Counted from the stretch's first letter, positions 16,192 through 25,979 are shown. The stretch is 32,000 nt of DNA from Demequinaceae bacterium (GCA_965250005.1 OZ252279.1:660001-692000); one strand, 5' to 3'. Made by a program: numbers and translations. The notes: generated by a model not told the origin, from the sequence alone.

Positions 16192-19100
16192 TGTGCTTCC
16201 TCCCAGCCGTAGAACAATCTCTCAGTAACGCTACGCGCTCGGCGGGTTGCCCGCGCGTAATGCTCGTCCAACTCAGCGCCGGTTGCGCCCTCGCCCATGA
16301 TCCCGGCCAGTACGCGCAGCTCCCGCGCGTCGATTGGCACCACGTCCGTCTTGCTCGCCTGATACCCGCGCAGCGCCATCGCGCCCCGCAGTTGCGTCGC
16401 CGCCCGCCAAGCGGTCGCGAGAATCTCCGCGTCCTCCGCGGACACCAGTTTGGCGGCAACCGCAGCGTCGAGCGCCGGAAGCGTGAGCGGCGTGCGCAGC
16501 CCGTCGACGTCGCGCCCGTGCCGTAGTTGAATCAGCTGGACGGTCCACTCGACGTCGGCGAGACCGCCTGGACCCATCTTGACGTGCCTGCGTGGGTCGA
16601 CGGCGCGCGGAAGGCGTTCGGCCTCCATCCGCGCCTTGAGCGTACGCATTTGCTTGAGTGCGGCATCGGTCACTTCGGCGGGATAGCGGATGGGGTCGAT
16701 CATGGCGATGAACTTCTCGCCCAGCCCAACGTCGCCGGCGGCGGCGCGAGCGCGCAGTAACGCCTGCGCCTCCCACGGATCAGACCAGCGGCCGTAGTAC
16801 TCCGCATACGAGTCGAGCGTGCGCGCCAGGGCGCCGGTCTTTCCTTCAGGGCGCAGACCCGCATCCACCTCAAGAGCGGGCTGCGGGCCGCCGCTCTTGA
16901 GAAGCGTCCTGATCTTCCCCGCTACCTGTTGCGCGAGCTTGTCAGCCTCGACGGCGTCCGCTCCATTGTGGGGCTCGAATACAAACATCGCGTCCGCGTC
17001 CGACGGATACCCCATCTCCATGCCGCCGTAGCGACCCATCGCGATGACGGCCATCTCGAACGGCACCTTCGGAAGCTTCGCCGCCGCGGCGACCTCTGCG
17101 ACCGCCACACGCAGCGCGCCACCGATCACCACGTCAGCCACGTGCGTCACCGTTGCCGCAGCCTCGATGGAGTCGATAATGCCGAGCACGTCGGCAGCGG
17201 CCGCGCGCACCAACTCTCGGCGGCGCAGGCCTCTCAGTGCTGTGATGCACTGCTTGGCGTTCTCCGAGCGGGTGAGGATGGCTTCTGCCTCGCCTGCGAG
17301 CCTGTCGTGTTCGCGCGGGACGAGGTGAGCGTCGTCGTCGAGCCACGTGATGTCCTCAGCCGAGGCGAGCAAGGCGCGCGTGACGTACGCAGACGTCGAC
17401 AGTAGGCGCGCGAGTCGCTCGGCTGCGTGCCGCGAGTCGCGGAGCAACTTGAGATACCAGTCCGCGTCCTTGAGTTGGTCAGAGAGAGTCCGGAAGGCCA
17501 ACAAGCCCGCGTCAGGGTCTGCGCCCTCGGAAAACCACCCGATCATCGCGGGCAGGAGTTGTCGCTGGATCGCTGCCCGGCGCGACATCCCGTCCGTTAC
17601 CGCTGCTATGTGGCGCTGCGCCGCCTCGGGATCGCCAAAGCCAACCGCCGCCAAGCGGGCGCGCGCGGCAGCCGGGTCGAGCGACGCCTCGTCAGCACTG
17701 AGACCAGCAACCATGGGCAGCAGTGGGCGGTAGAACATGTCGAGGTGCATCGACCTGACGTCGCGGCGGATCTCCGTCCAGTGCGTCCGGAGTTCCTCGA
17801 CGTTGTTGAGTCTGGACGCGCGGGCGAGCCGCCGCATGTCCTCGTCCGAGGTCGGCATGAGGTGCGTGCGCTTCATCTTGTGCAGCTGGAGCCGGTGCTC
17901 GAACACACGAAGCTGGCGGTACGCCTCCGCAAGGCGAGCGGCCTGGACGCGGCCAACGTAGCCGCCGGCGCGCAACGCCTCGAGCGCGGCGAGCGTCTGT
18001 GCCACCTGCAAGGTCTTGTCCGCGCGGCCGTGGACAAGCTGGAGCAGCTGCACCGTGAACTCGACGTCGCGCAGCCCGCCGTGGCCCAGCTTGATTTGCC
18101 GATCAGCCTCAGCGCCGGGAACGTTTTCCTCCACCCGCCGGCGCATCGCCTGAGCATCCTGCACGAAGTTCTCGCGCGTAGACGCTTCCCACACCATTGG
18201 GGCTAGCGCGCGGATGTACGCGCGGCCCACGTCGAGGTCGCCCGCCGCGGGCCGTGCCTTGAGTAGCGCCTGAAACTCCCAGGTGCTGGCCCACCGTTCG
18301 TAGTAAGCGTGGTGCGCGGCGACGTTTCGAACCAGTTGCCCGTCGCGCCCCTCGGGACGAAGGTTGGCATCGACCTCCCACAGTGCCTGCTCCGCCGATG
18401 CCTCGTCGCACGCGCGGGCCGCATAGTTCGCGAGCGTGGTCGCGATCCGGATCGCATCCTCGTCCGAGGCATTCTCCCCCGGCTCAGCCACGTAAATGAC
18501 GTCGACGTCAGAGATGTAGTTGAGCTCGCGCGCGCCCGTCTTGCCCATGGCGATGATGCACAGCCGAGCCTTCGCGTGATCAGGTTCCTCCGCACGGGCG
18601 AGCGCCAGGCCCGCCTCGAGCGCAGCGTCCGCGGCATTGGCGAGCGCCTCCCCGACCGCGGGCATGATCGCCGTCGGGTCGGCCGCGCCAAGGTCCTCCC
18701 CCGCGATCTCGACTAGTTGCCTGCGATAGGCAATGCGCATCGCGTTGATACCGTCCGCGCCCGTGACGGTAGCCACCGGGGCATCGTCGGCCGCAGCCGC
18801 GCCAACGGCGGTCAGCAGGAGTTCGCGCACCTCAGCCTTCGACGCGTTGATGCCGCCCTTGCCGTCCGCGAGGTCACTGACGTATTCGGGGTGGCGAACC
18901 AGAAAATCGCCCAGGGCGACCGAACCGCCTAGCAGCGCGCCCAGGGTCGCCTCGGCGTCGGTTCCGTTGAGCGCGACGAGTGCGGGCAGCTGCTTTGAGT
19001 CGCGCGCGGCCTCGGCGAGGCGCAATAACTGCAACACGGCCAGATCCGGGTCAGCAAGGGGCGTAAGGGTTGTGGCCGCGTTCTCCAGCGTGGCCCCCGT

Positions 19101-19199
19101 GATCTGGGCGATCTGGGTGAGGTGGTCAGTCACCCGAGCCGGATCGGCAACTCCCGCCTTGCGTAGTAGCGAGGCGGCGGATGCCTGCCGGGACGTCAT
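16188..19199 (-). CDS. glnE: Bifunctional glutamine synthetase adenylyltransferase / adenylyl-removing enzyme
   Basis: The 1003-aa protein has two homologous nucleotidyltransferase halves, each with the motif G-x-E-(L/M)-x-Y-x-SD-(V/A)D (GARELNYISDVDV and GGMEMGYPSDADA). Its position between glnA and glnA2 is conserved. Confidence 0.95.
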   Translation of the reverse strand: MTSRQASAASLLRKAGVADPARVTDHLTQIAQITGATLENAATTLTPLADPDLAVLQLLRLAEAARDSKQLPALVALNGTDAEATLGALLGGSVALGDFLVRHPEYVSDLADGKGGINASKAEVRELLLTAVGAAAADDAPVATVTGADGINAMRIAYRRQLVEIAGEDLGAADPTAIMPAVGEALANAADAALEAGLALARAEEPDHAKARLCIIAMGKTGARELNYISDVDVIYVAEPGENASDEDAIRIATTLANYAARACDEASAEQALWEVDANLRPEGRDGQLVRNVAAHHAYYERWASTWEFQALLKARPAAGDLDVGRAYIRALAPMVWEASTRENFVQDAQAMRRRVEENVPGAEADRQIKLGHGGLRDVEFTVQLLQLVHGRADKTLQVAQTLAALEALRAGGYVGRVQAARLAEAYRQLRVFEHRLQLHKMKRTHLMPTSDEDMRRLARASRLNNVEELRTHWTEIRRDVRSMHLDMFYRPLLPMVAGLSADEASLDPAAARARLAAVGFGDPEAAQRHIAAVTDGMSRRAAIQRQLLPAMIGWFSEGADPDAGLLAFRTLSDQLKDADWYLKLLRDSRHAAERLARLLSTSAYVTRALLASAEDITWLDDDAHLVPREHDRLAGEAEAILTRSENAKQCITALRGLRRRELVRAAAADVLGIIDSIEAAATVTHVADVVIGGALRVAVAEVAAAAKLPKVPFEMAVIAMGRYGGMEMGYPSDADAMFVFEPHNGADAVEADKLAQQVAGKIRTLLKSGGPQPALEVDAGLRPEGKTGALARTLDSYAEYYGRWSDPWEAQALLRARAAAGDVGLGEKFIAMIDPIRYPAEVTDAALKQMRTLKARMEAERLPRAVDPRRHVKMGPGGLADVEWTVQLIQLRHGRDVDGLRTPLTLPALDAAVAAKLVSAEDAEILATAWRAATQLRGAMALRGYQASKTDVVPIDARELRVLAGIMGEGATGAELDEHYARATRRARSVTERLFYGWEEAQ

Positions 19200-19218
19200 G
19201 GGATCGCTTCCGTTGGCG

Positions 19219-20553
19219 CTAGAGGACGGGGAGGAAGCGGTCGAGCTCGAACTGCGTCACCTGAGCCCGGTACTCCTCCCACTCGACGCGCTTATTTCGC
19301 AGCACAAAATCGAATACCTGCTCGCCGAGAGTCTCGGCAACTAACTCCGACTTCTCCATCACGCCTACCGCGTCGGCAAGCGACCACGGCAGCGGCTCGT
19401 AGCCCAGCGCGCGGCGCTCCGCGGCCGACAGTTCCCACACATCGTCCTCCGCGCCGTCGGGAAGCTCGTAGCCTTCCTCGATTCCCTTGAGCCCTGCCGC
19501 AAGCATGCACGCGTACGCAAGGTAGGGATTGGCGGCAGAGTCCAGCGCACGGTACTCGACGCGGGCGGACTGGCTTTTGCCGGGCTTGTGTACCGGCACG
19601 CGAACCAGCGCGGAACGGTTATTCGAGCCCCAGCAGACGTACGCCGGCGCCTCGGAACCGCCCCACAAACGCTTGTAGGAGTTCACGTACTGATTGGTGA
19701 TCGCCGTGATTTCCGGCGCGTGCTTGAGCAGGCCTGCCATGAATTGGCGCGCGACATTGCTTAGCTGGAGCTCAGTCCCCGCTTCGTAGAAGGCGTTGCG
19801 GTCGCCCTCGAAAAGGCTCATGTGAGTGTGCATGCCGGACCCCGGCGCGTCGGCGAGGGGCTTGGGCATGAACGAGGCGAAGAATCCCTGTTCGAGCGCA
19901 ACTTCTTTGATCGCAGCTCGGAATGTCATGATGTTGTCCGCGGTCGCCAGCGCGTCGGCGTAGCGCAGATCGATCTCGTTCTGGCCGGGCCCCGCTTCGT
20001 GGTGTGAGAACTCCACAGAAATGCCCATCGACTCCAGCGTCGTGATCGCGGTGCGGCGAAAATTGTGCGCCGTGCCACGCGGGACGTTGTCAAAGTAGCC
20101 CGCGTGGTCAACAGGTACCGGAGGCTTGCCTCCCTCCGGCTTCTCGAACAGGTAGAACTCAATCTCCGGGTGCGTGTAAAAACTGAAGCCCTGCTTGCTG
20201 GCCTTGTCGAGCGTGCGCTTGAGGACGTGCCGCGGATCGGACATCGCAGCCTCTCCGTCCGGGGTCTGAATATCGCAGAACATACGACCCGCGCCCTGGC
20301 GGTCACCGCGCCACGGCAGAATCTGGAAAGTGCTGGGGTCGGGCTTGGCGATCATGTCCGCCTCGTAGACGCGCGTGAGGCCTTGAATCGCGCTGCCGTC
20401 GAACCCGATGCCCTCTTCAAAGGCGTTCTCGAGTTCAGCCGGAGCGATAGCCACGGACTTGAGGATCCCAAGTACGTCCGTGAACCAGAGACGGATGAAC
20501 CGAATGTCACGCTCCTCGACGCTGCGGAGCACGTACTCCTGCTGTTTGTCCAT
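19219..20553 (-). CDS. glnA2: Glutamine synthetase family protein, GlnA2 type
   Basis: Full GS fold (FDGSAIQGL, MPKPL...PGSGMHTHMSLF, NRSALVRVP). The position equivalent to the adenylylation Tyr reads DDVWELSAAE, so no Tyr is present. I chose the ATG at 20553 (MDKQQEYVL..., preceded by AGGATGGAG); the track start is 20574. Confidence 0.92.
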   Translation of the reverse strand: MDKQQEYVLRSVEERDIRFIRLWFTDVLGILKSVAIAPAELENAFEEGIGFDGSAIQGLTRVYEADMIAKPDPSTFQILPWRGDRQGAGRMFCDIQTPDGEAAMSDPRHVLKRTLDKASKQGFSFYTHPEIEFYLFEKPEGGKPPVPVDHAGYFDNVPRGTAHNFRRTAITTLESMGISVEFSHHEAGPGQNEIDLRYADALATADNIMTFRAAIKEVALEQGFFASFMPKPLADAPGSGMHTHMSLFEGDRNAFYEAGTELQLSNVARQFMAGLLKHAPEITAITNQYVNSYKRLWGGSEAPAYVCWGSNNRSALVRVPVHKPGKSQSARVEYRALDSAANPYLAYACMLAAGLKGIEEGYELPDGAEDDVWELSAAERRALGYEPLPWSLADAVGVMEKSELVAETLGEQVFDFVLRNKRVEWEEYRAQVTQFELDRFLPVL

Positions 20554-20737
20554 GACTCCATCCTGCCCTACCAAGATGTCGATTGTGTGACATTAGCCTG
20601 GCAGAAGGTTCGGCACGGAAACGGCGACGCGCATGTTCTGGAGCACGAAGAGGATTCCTGGGTTGTCCGGCCGGGATGCCGTGGTCGTGGGACCGAAGCG
20701 GCGCTCGCAACGCCGCGCCCACTTGTAGGCTCGGATC

Positions 20738-22381
20738 ATGCCAGGACTAAGAATTGCGCTAGCCCAGATCAACACGTGCGTGGGCGACATCGACGGCAAC
20801 GCCGCGCTCATTATGGATCAGTGCCGTGCCGCCGACGCGGCTGGCGCGCAGCTGGTCGCGTTCCCGGAGATGACCACCACCGGCTACCCCATCGAGGACC
20901 TTGCCCTGCGCGAGTCCTTCCAGCGCGCCGCAGAGCGCTCCGTTCAAACCATCGCCAAGACGCTGGATGAGGCGGGCATGGGCGCCATCACCGTGATCCT
21001 CGGCACCCTGGGCGTCGACCACGACGGCAACCCGCTCAACGAGGCCGTCGTGATCGAGCACGGGAAGGTGCAGGCGCGATACACCAAGCACCACCTGCCC
21101 AACTACGGGGTATTCGACGAGCGCCGCATCTTCGCCTCTGGCGATCAAGCGTGCGTGGTCGAGGCCGGGAACACGCGCGTCGGCGTCGTCATCTGTGAGG
21201 ACATCTGGCAGGACGGCGGACCACTGACGGTTCTGAGCGACCACGACATTCAGCTCATGGTGGTCCTCAACGGATCGCCGTTCGAGGAAGGCAAGGGGCA
21301 CATTCGCCGGGACTATGCGATCCAGCGCGCGCGCGAGGTCGAGGCGCCCGTCGCATACGTGAACATGTGGGGCGGCCAGGACGACCTTGTTTTCGACGGT
21401 CAAAGCTTCATCGTGGGCGCCGACGGTCGCCTCGTGGCCTCCGCCCCCGCGTTCACGGACGCCCTGCTGGTCTGGGACGTCCCCGGCGACCACGAGGCTC
21501 CGGCCAAAACCCAATTAGTGGACCAGCTCGAGAGCGACGCGCAGGTGTACTGGGCGTGCGTCACCGGCCTGCGCGACTACGTCCACAAGAACGGCATGAG
21601 TTCGGTGGCGCTCGGCATGTCCGGGGGCATCGACTCCGCGCTCGTAGCTGCGATCGCGGCCGACGCGCTCGGCGGCGAAAACGTCATCGGGGTCTCCATG
21701 CCCTCGCGATACTCGAGCGACCACTCCAAGGACGACGCCGAGGTGCTGGCCGGCAACATCGGCGCTCACTATCGGGTGCAGGCAATCGAGCCCATGGTGA
21801 AGGCGTTCGAGGATGAGCTAGGGCTGACTGGCGTGCCCGCGGAGAACATCCAAGCGCGCGTTCGCGGCATGATCCTCATGGGCATCTCGAATTCGGAGGG
21901 CCCGCTGGTTCTCGCCACCGGCAACAAGAGCGAGTTGGCTACGGGCTACTCCACCATGTACGGCGACGCCGCTGGCGGGTTCGCGCCCATCAAGGATCTC
22001 GACAAGACCCGCGTGTGGGACCTCTCTCGCTGGCGCAACGCGTACGCGGAGTCGCGCGGTGAGACCCCTCCAATCCCGGTCAATAGCATAGAGAAGCCGC
22101 CGTCGGCCGAACTGCGTCCCGACCAGGTGGACCAGGACTCGCTGCCCGCGTACGAGCTGCTGGACGAGGTGCTTGACGCCTACGTCGAGCACGCGGAGGG
22201 GCGTGCGGAGCTACTGGCCCGCGGATTCGACGAGGCCGTGGTCGACAAGGTCCTCAGCCTGGTGGACCGCGCCGAGTGGAAGCGTCGGCAGTATCCGCCA
22301 GGAACCAAGGTGACGGCGCTCGCGTTCGGGCGTGACCGTAGACTTCCCATTACCAGCCGTTGGCTAGAGAACCGGGAGTGA
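20738..22381 (+). CDS. nadE: Glutamine-dependent NAD+ synthetase (N-terminal CN-hydrolase domain plus synthetase domain)
   Basis: The N-terminal nitrilase-like domain begins LRIALAQINTCVGDIDGN, with ICEDIW as the catalytic Cys context. The PP-loop SGGIDSALVAAIA is in the C-terminal half. Confidence 0.94.
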   Translation: MPGLRIALAQINTCVGDIDGNAALIMDQCRAADAAGAQLVAFPEMTTTGYPIEDLALRESFQRAAERSVQTIAKTLDEAGMGAITVILGTLGVDHDGNPLNEAVVIEHGKVQARYTKHHLPNYGVFDERRIFASGDQACVVEAGNTRVGVVICEDIWQDGGPLTVLSDHDIQLMVVLNGSPFEEGKGHIRRDYAIQRAREVEAPVAYVNMWGGQDDLVFDGQSFIVGADGRLVASAPAFTDALLVWDVPGDHEAPAKTQLVDQLESDAQVYWACVTGLRDYVHKNGMSSVALGMSGGIDSALVAAIAADALGGENVIGVSMPSRYSSDHSKDDAEVLAGNIGAHYRVQAIEPMVKAFEDELGLTGVPAENIQARVRGMILMGISNSEGPLVLATGNKSELATGYSTMYGDAAGGFAPIKDLDKTRVWDLSRWRNAYAESRGETPPIPVNSIEKPPSAELRPDQVDQDSLPAYELLDEVLDAYVEHAEGRAELLARGFDEAVVDKVLSLVDRAEWKRRQYPPGTKVTALAFGRDRRLPITSRWLENRE

Positions 22382-22382
22382 C

Positions 22383-23192
22383 ATGAGCGACCGCAAACGC
22401 GTCCGCATCCATCACCTGCGCGACATGAAGGAGCGCGGTGAGAAGATCACCATGCTCACCGCCTACGACATGACAACCGCACGCATCTTCGACGACGCTG
22501 GCGTTGACGTACTGCTGGTGGGCGACTCGCTTGGCGACAACATCCTCGGGCACGCCAACACTGCGGCCGTGACTCTTGACGAGATGATCCCGTTCGTTCG
22601 CGCGGTCTCCCGAGGTGCATCCAAGGCGTTTGTCATCGCCGACCTCCCTTTTGGCACGTACGAGGTGTCGGCCGAGCAAGCGGTCGAGTCCGCGATCCGC
22701 GTGATGAAGCTCGGCCAGCCGAATGCCGTGAAATTCGAGGGCGGGCGTCGTGTCGCGGCGCAGGCCGCTGCCGTGGTCGCTGCGGGGATCCCGTTCGTGG
22801 GCCATCTGGGCTTCACTCCGCAATCGGAGAACGCCATCGGCGGGCGCCGCGTTCAAGGGCGCGGAGACGGCGCCTACGAGGTGCTACTCGCGGACGCGCT
22901 CGCGCTCCAGGAGGCCGGCGCCTGCATGATCGTCTTCGAAATGGTGACCGAGCCCGTCGCCACCAAGCTGACCGAGGCGCTCGAGGTGCCGACCATCGGC
23001 ATTGGCGCAGGGCCGCACACCGACGGCCAAGTGCTGGTGTGGCTGGACGCGCTCGGCATGGGCGACTGGTCCCCGAGCTTTGCCAAGCACTTTGGCGAGA
23101 TTGGCGCCGCGATGAAGAAGGCGGCAAGCGACTACGTTTCCGAGGTCAAGGACGGCTCGTTCCCTGACGAGGGACACTTCTTCAAAGAATGA
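22383..23192 (+). CDS. panB: 3-methyl-2-oxobutanoate hydroxymethyltransferase
   Basis: Motifs LTAYD, LVGDSLG, KFEGG and GHLGFTPQ are present. It starts 1 nt after the nadE stop. Confidence 0.95.
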   Translation: MSDRKRVRIHHLRDMKERGEKITMLTAYDMTTARIFDDAGVDVLLVGDSLGDNILGHANTAAVTLDEMIPFVRAVSRGASKAFVIADLPFGTYEVSAEQAVESAIRVMKLGQPNAVKFEGGRRVAAQAAAVVAAGIPFVGHLGFTPQSENAIGGRRVQGRGDGAYEVLLADALALQEAGACMIVFEMVTEPVATKLTEALEVPTIGIGAGPHTDGQVLVWLDALGMGDWSPSFAKHFGEIGAAMKKAASDYVSEVKDGSFPDEGHFFKE

Positions 23193-23623
23193 GCGGACCA
23201 CGATGGGACCACCGGCGACCCAATCGTGCGGCTTGGTCGCTGGTCGGAGCCGTGCTGTCGACTACGTATCTACTCGCAATATACGCACTCCCCCTGTGGT
23301 GGTTCCTTGCGGGCTGGCGCGCGGCAACTAGCCCCGAATCGGCTGCGGCACACGTGGCCTTGGCGCTGGCCTGGGCGCTCGTCGGCGCCCTGGGAATCGC
23401 GTCCACCTGGTCGCGCGGCGCGCGCTCGGCGCGCTCGGTGCTGACGCGCGTTGGCATCGCGGTGATGACTATCGCCTCCGCCGTCGCTGTTGCCCAGGAG
23501 GGGGTTCCCTACGTGGGCTGGGTGTGGCTGATGGCGTTGTGGTCAACATTCGTCGCCGTGTTCGGGATAGGCGAATGGGTTACCGCGCGGAGGCACGCCG
23601 CGACAACACAAGTGCTCAACTAG
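23189..23623 (+). CDS. Hypothetical small membrane protein (about 4 TM segments)
   Basis: The ATG overlaps the panB stop (ATGA). The sequence is hydrophobic and Trp-rich. I recognise no family. Confidence 0.65.
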   Translation: MSGPRWDHRRPNRAAWSLVGAVLSTTYLLAIYALPLWWFLAGWRAATSPESAAAHVALALAWALVGALGIASTWSRGARSARSVLTRVGIAVMTIASAVAVAQEGVPYVGWVWLMALWSTFVAVFGIGEWVTARRHAATTQVLN

Positions 23624-23638
23624 GCGCAACGCCCGCGG

Positions 23639-24229
23639 CTAGTTGACGAGCAGCGTCAGCGTAGGCTGATTGCCGGGCTTCCACTTCATCGAGCAGCCCG
23701 CAGACGGGATGGGCGTGCCTGGCACAGGCTCCCCCGCGATTACGAGGTCCGCCGCTGCGCGAAGGTCGCGACCTGTCGGCCTCTCATTGTTCTTGGGGCG
23801 CGAGCCGTCGAATTGCCCATGATAAGCGAGGCCGCCCGTCGAGTCGTAGAGAAACAGATCGGGGGTGCACGCCGCGTTGTACGCCTTGGCGACCGCCTGG
23901 TCCTCATCAAAAAGGTATGGGAACGCGAAGCCCGCGCGCGTGGCCTGTTCGACCATGCCTTCGGGTCCGTCCTCGGGGTGGTCCGTCAGCTCATTGGATG
24001 AGATCGCGACCACGGCAAGTCCGCGGTCCGCGTACTCCGCGGCGAACCCAGCGAACGCCTCTTCCATGTTCTTCACGTATGGGCAGTGATTGCAGAGGAA
24101 CGCGACCACCAAAGCGAAGGCATCAGTCGCTACGTCGGCAAGCGAAACCGGCCCAGCCCCATCGGCGCGGGGAAGCGTGAAATCGGGAGCCGGCGTTCCG
24201 ATGGCGATAGCGTTTGCGTTGATTGGCAT
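23639..24229 (-). CDS. Thioredoxin-fold thiol-disulfide oxidoreductase (TlpA/AhpC-like family)
   Basis: The redox motif CNHCPYV sits in a typical context (PAPDFTLP...VVAFLCNHCPYV...VVAISSN), and the C-terminus has GCSMKWKPG. Confidence 0.85.
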   Translation of the reverse strand: MPINANAIAIGTPAPDFTLPRADGAGPVSLADVATDAFALVVAFLCNHCPYVKNMEEAFAGFAAEYADRGLAVVAISSNELTDHPEDGPEGMVEQATRAGFAFPYLFDEDQAVAKAYNAACTPDLFLYDSTGGLAYHGQFDGSRPKNNERPTGRDLRAAADLVIAGEPVPGTPIPSAGCSMKWKPGNQPTLTLLVN

Positions 24230-24252
24230 GGCTCCAGTATGCGGGCGAGGAG

Positions 24253-24453
24253 CTAGGACCCGTTCCAGGCAGCGTCGTCCTCATCCCAGCCAGCATTGCG
24301 TTCCTTCGCAATCGCAAGCGCTCTTGATGCCTCAGCCACGGTCTCGTAAGGGCCCATGATGTCTTCCCACGGGCTGAGCCGACCGTGCTCGACCATCTTG
24401 GTGCGTGTGTTGTAGAAGTACTCGCCCTCTGCTGCGCCGTCAGTCGTCATCAA
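24253..24453 (-). CDS. Small conserved acidic protein (66 aa)
   Basis: GGAGG lies upstream of the ATG, and codon usage resembles the neighbours. The pattern YFYN-x-T-x-VE-GR-S-W-x-MGPY...A-ERN-WDEDD resembles a small protein I recall as widespread in actinobacteria. It ends 23 nt upstream of the thioredoxin-like gene. Confidence 0.62.
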   Translation of the reverse strand: MMTTDGAAEGEYFYNTRTKMVEHGRLSPWEDIMGPYETVAEASRALAIAKERNAGWDEDDAAWNGS

Positions 24454-24479
24454 TTCGCCTCCACTTCTAGAGTGGCACG

Positions 24480-24508
24480 GGCGCGCACATTGCGCGAGAG
24501 TGCGCGCC
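24480..24508 (-). terminator. GC-rich hairpin immediately after the ROK regulator stop codon (no U-tract)
   Basis: ggcgcgcac (24480-24488) pairs with gtgcgcgcc (24500-24508) across an 11-nt loop. No T-run follows on the minus strand, so terminator function is uncertain. Confidence 0.35.
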
Positions 24509-25725
24509 TAGGAGTCGGGTGGACCGGCAACTTTGGCGGGGTCAGTCAAGAGCGGCGCGAACGCCAATTCAGCCGCGCCGACAATCGCCAACCGCGACCG
24601 TAGTTTGCCGCGCTCGATGACGACCCCTGACGCGAGCTCACTAAACGATGACGCCTTCACGCGCTTGTCGAGGCGCTCAGGCATCTTCTCGAACAGCGAA
24701 CCCAGAAAGCCTCCAAGCACCACGGCCGCGGGGTTGAACACGGAGATGAGGCTCGCGACGGCCGAGGCGAGCACATTAACCTGCCGACTAATCTCCTCCA
24801 GTAACACTGAGTCTTCTGTCTCCAGAAGAATCACATCGAGCTCCTCGAGGTCAATGGTGTCGCGGCCCAGCACCGCGAGCAGCCGAGGAACGTTCACTTC
24901 GGTCTCGAGGCAGCCGATCTTTCCGCACTCGCACGTTAGCCCATCGGACGCAACCAAGGTGTGGCCAAACTCGCCTGCGTAACCGCGTGCACCGTATAGG
25001 GGCCTGCCTCCGACTATTGCCCCTCCGCCTATCCCGCTGGTGGACCCATTGAGGTACACGAGGTCGTTGACACCCCTGCCCGCGCCAAACAGCTTTTCCG
25101 CGACAACTCCGAGCGTGGCGTCGTTGCCCGCAACCGCTGGAAAGCCCAGCGCCGCGGAGATCTCGGCAGCAATCGGCTCTTCGCTCCATTCCAAGTGCGG
25201 CGCGCGCGTCACAGTATTGTCGGAGCGTTTCACCAGACCCGGCACCGCTACTCCAGCACCAACCACGGTGAACACGGACTCAAGCTCGCTTCGCATGCCG
25301 TCCACCACGGCTTTGACGATATTCACCGTCTCGCGCACGGTCGGGATGCCGTCCGTCTCGTATCGCACGCGCTTGTGGACAACGCCACCGAGTCCCACGA
25401 GGCCGATGACAACCGCGTCGAGGTCCGGGTTGATCGCGAGTGCGACCACATTCGAATTGGGGGTGACGATGGGGCTCGGTCGGCCGACGTTGGTCCGCTC
25501 GGTCGCCGCCTCCTCGGTCGCGAGGCCGAGGCTGACGAGTTCCGCAGCGAGGGCTCCCACGGTCGAGCGGTTCAGCCTGGTTCGCTTGGTCAACTCTGCG
25601 CGGGACATCGCGCCATCGTGGTGAAGCATGGTCATCACGGTCGAGAGATTGCGTCGGCGCGCCTGGTCGTTCTTGTCGCCAACACCAGCGGACAGCGCGC
25701 GGGCGGGTTTGGTGCCTGGTGTCAC
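24508..25725 (-). CDS. ROK family transcriptional regulator (NagC/XylR type)
   Basis: An N-terminal winged-HTH (RRRNLSTVMTMLHHDGAMSRAELTKRTRLNRSTVGALAAELVSLGL) is followed by a ROK sugar-kinase-like domain with the zinc motif CECGKIGCLE. I chose the GTG at 25725 (preceded by GAAAGGA with 6-nt spacing); the track start is the TTG at 25746. Confidence 0.9.
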   Translation of the reverse strand: MTPGTKPARALSAGVGDKNDQARRRNLSTVMTMLHHDGAMSRAELTKRTRLNRSTVGALAAELVSLGLATEEAATERTNVGRPSPIVTPNSNVVALAINPDLDAVVIGLVGLGGVVHKRVRYETDGIPTVRETVNIVKAVVDGMRSELESVFTVVGAGVAVPGLVKRSDNTVTRAPHLEWSEEPIAAEISAALGFPAVAGNDATLGVVAEKLFGAGRGVNDLVYLNGSTSGIGGGAIVGGRPLYGARGYAGEFGHTLVASDGLTCECGKIGCLETEVNVPRLLAVLGRDTIDLEELDVILLETEDSVLLEEISRQVNVLASAVASLISVFNPAAVVLGGFLGSLFEKMPERLDKRVKASSFSELASGVVIERGKLRSRLAIVGAAELAFAPLLTDPAKVAGPPDS

Positions 25726-25979
25726 GCTGTATCCTTTCGTGGGCAACCATTTGTTCCTGCGCCAAACTTAAGATTCTGTGTCGCTGCCATACGCCAAGGG
25801 GCACAGGAATTGACAAGGCTATCCGGTCACTCTACACCGGATTTCGCTCATTTCGAAAAATGCGCCACTCCGGACATCTGGGTCATTCCAGGAGCATTCT
25901 GGCGATTAACAACGCGAAGTTCAGGGCTTATGTTGTGCACCGCAACTATTTATTGGCGAAGCCGAATCGGAGCACGACC

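Noticed and set aside
20554-20737. GlnR-type box in the glnA2/nadE divergent intergenic region
   Set aside because: Only isolated GAAAC/GGTTC-like pentamers occur (for example GGTTC-n6-GAAAC near 20612-20627), without the four-site 11-bp periodic pattern seen upstream of glnA. That is not enough to call a site.
20065-21514. Long antisense or out-of-frame ORFs. Examples are 20065-20970 (+) and 20759-21514 (-); others are 2885-3682 (-), 6882-7728 (+), 11901-12704 (-), 13938-14708 (-), 25195-26154 (+) and 26900-27451 (-).
   Set aside because: These are typical stop-poor alternative frames of a high-GC genome. Each lies entirely within or opposite a gene with clear family motifs, and their translations are Arg/Pro/Gly-rich with no motifs.
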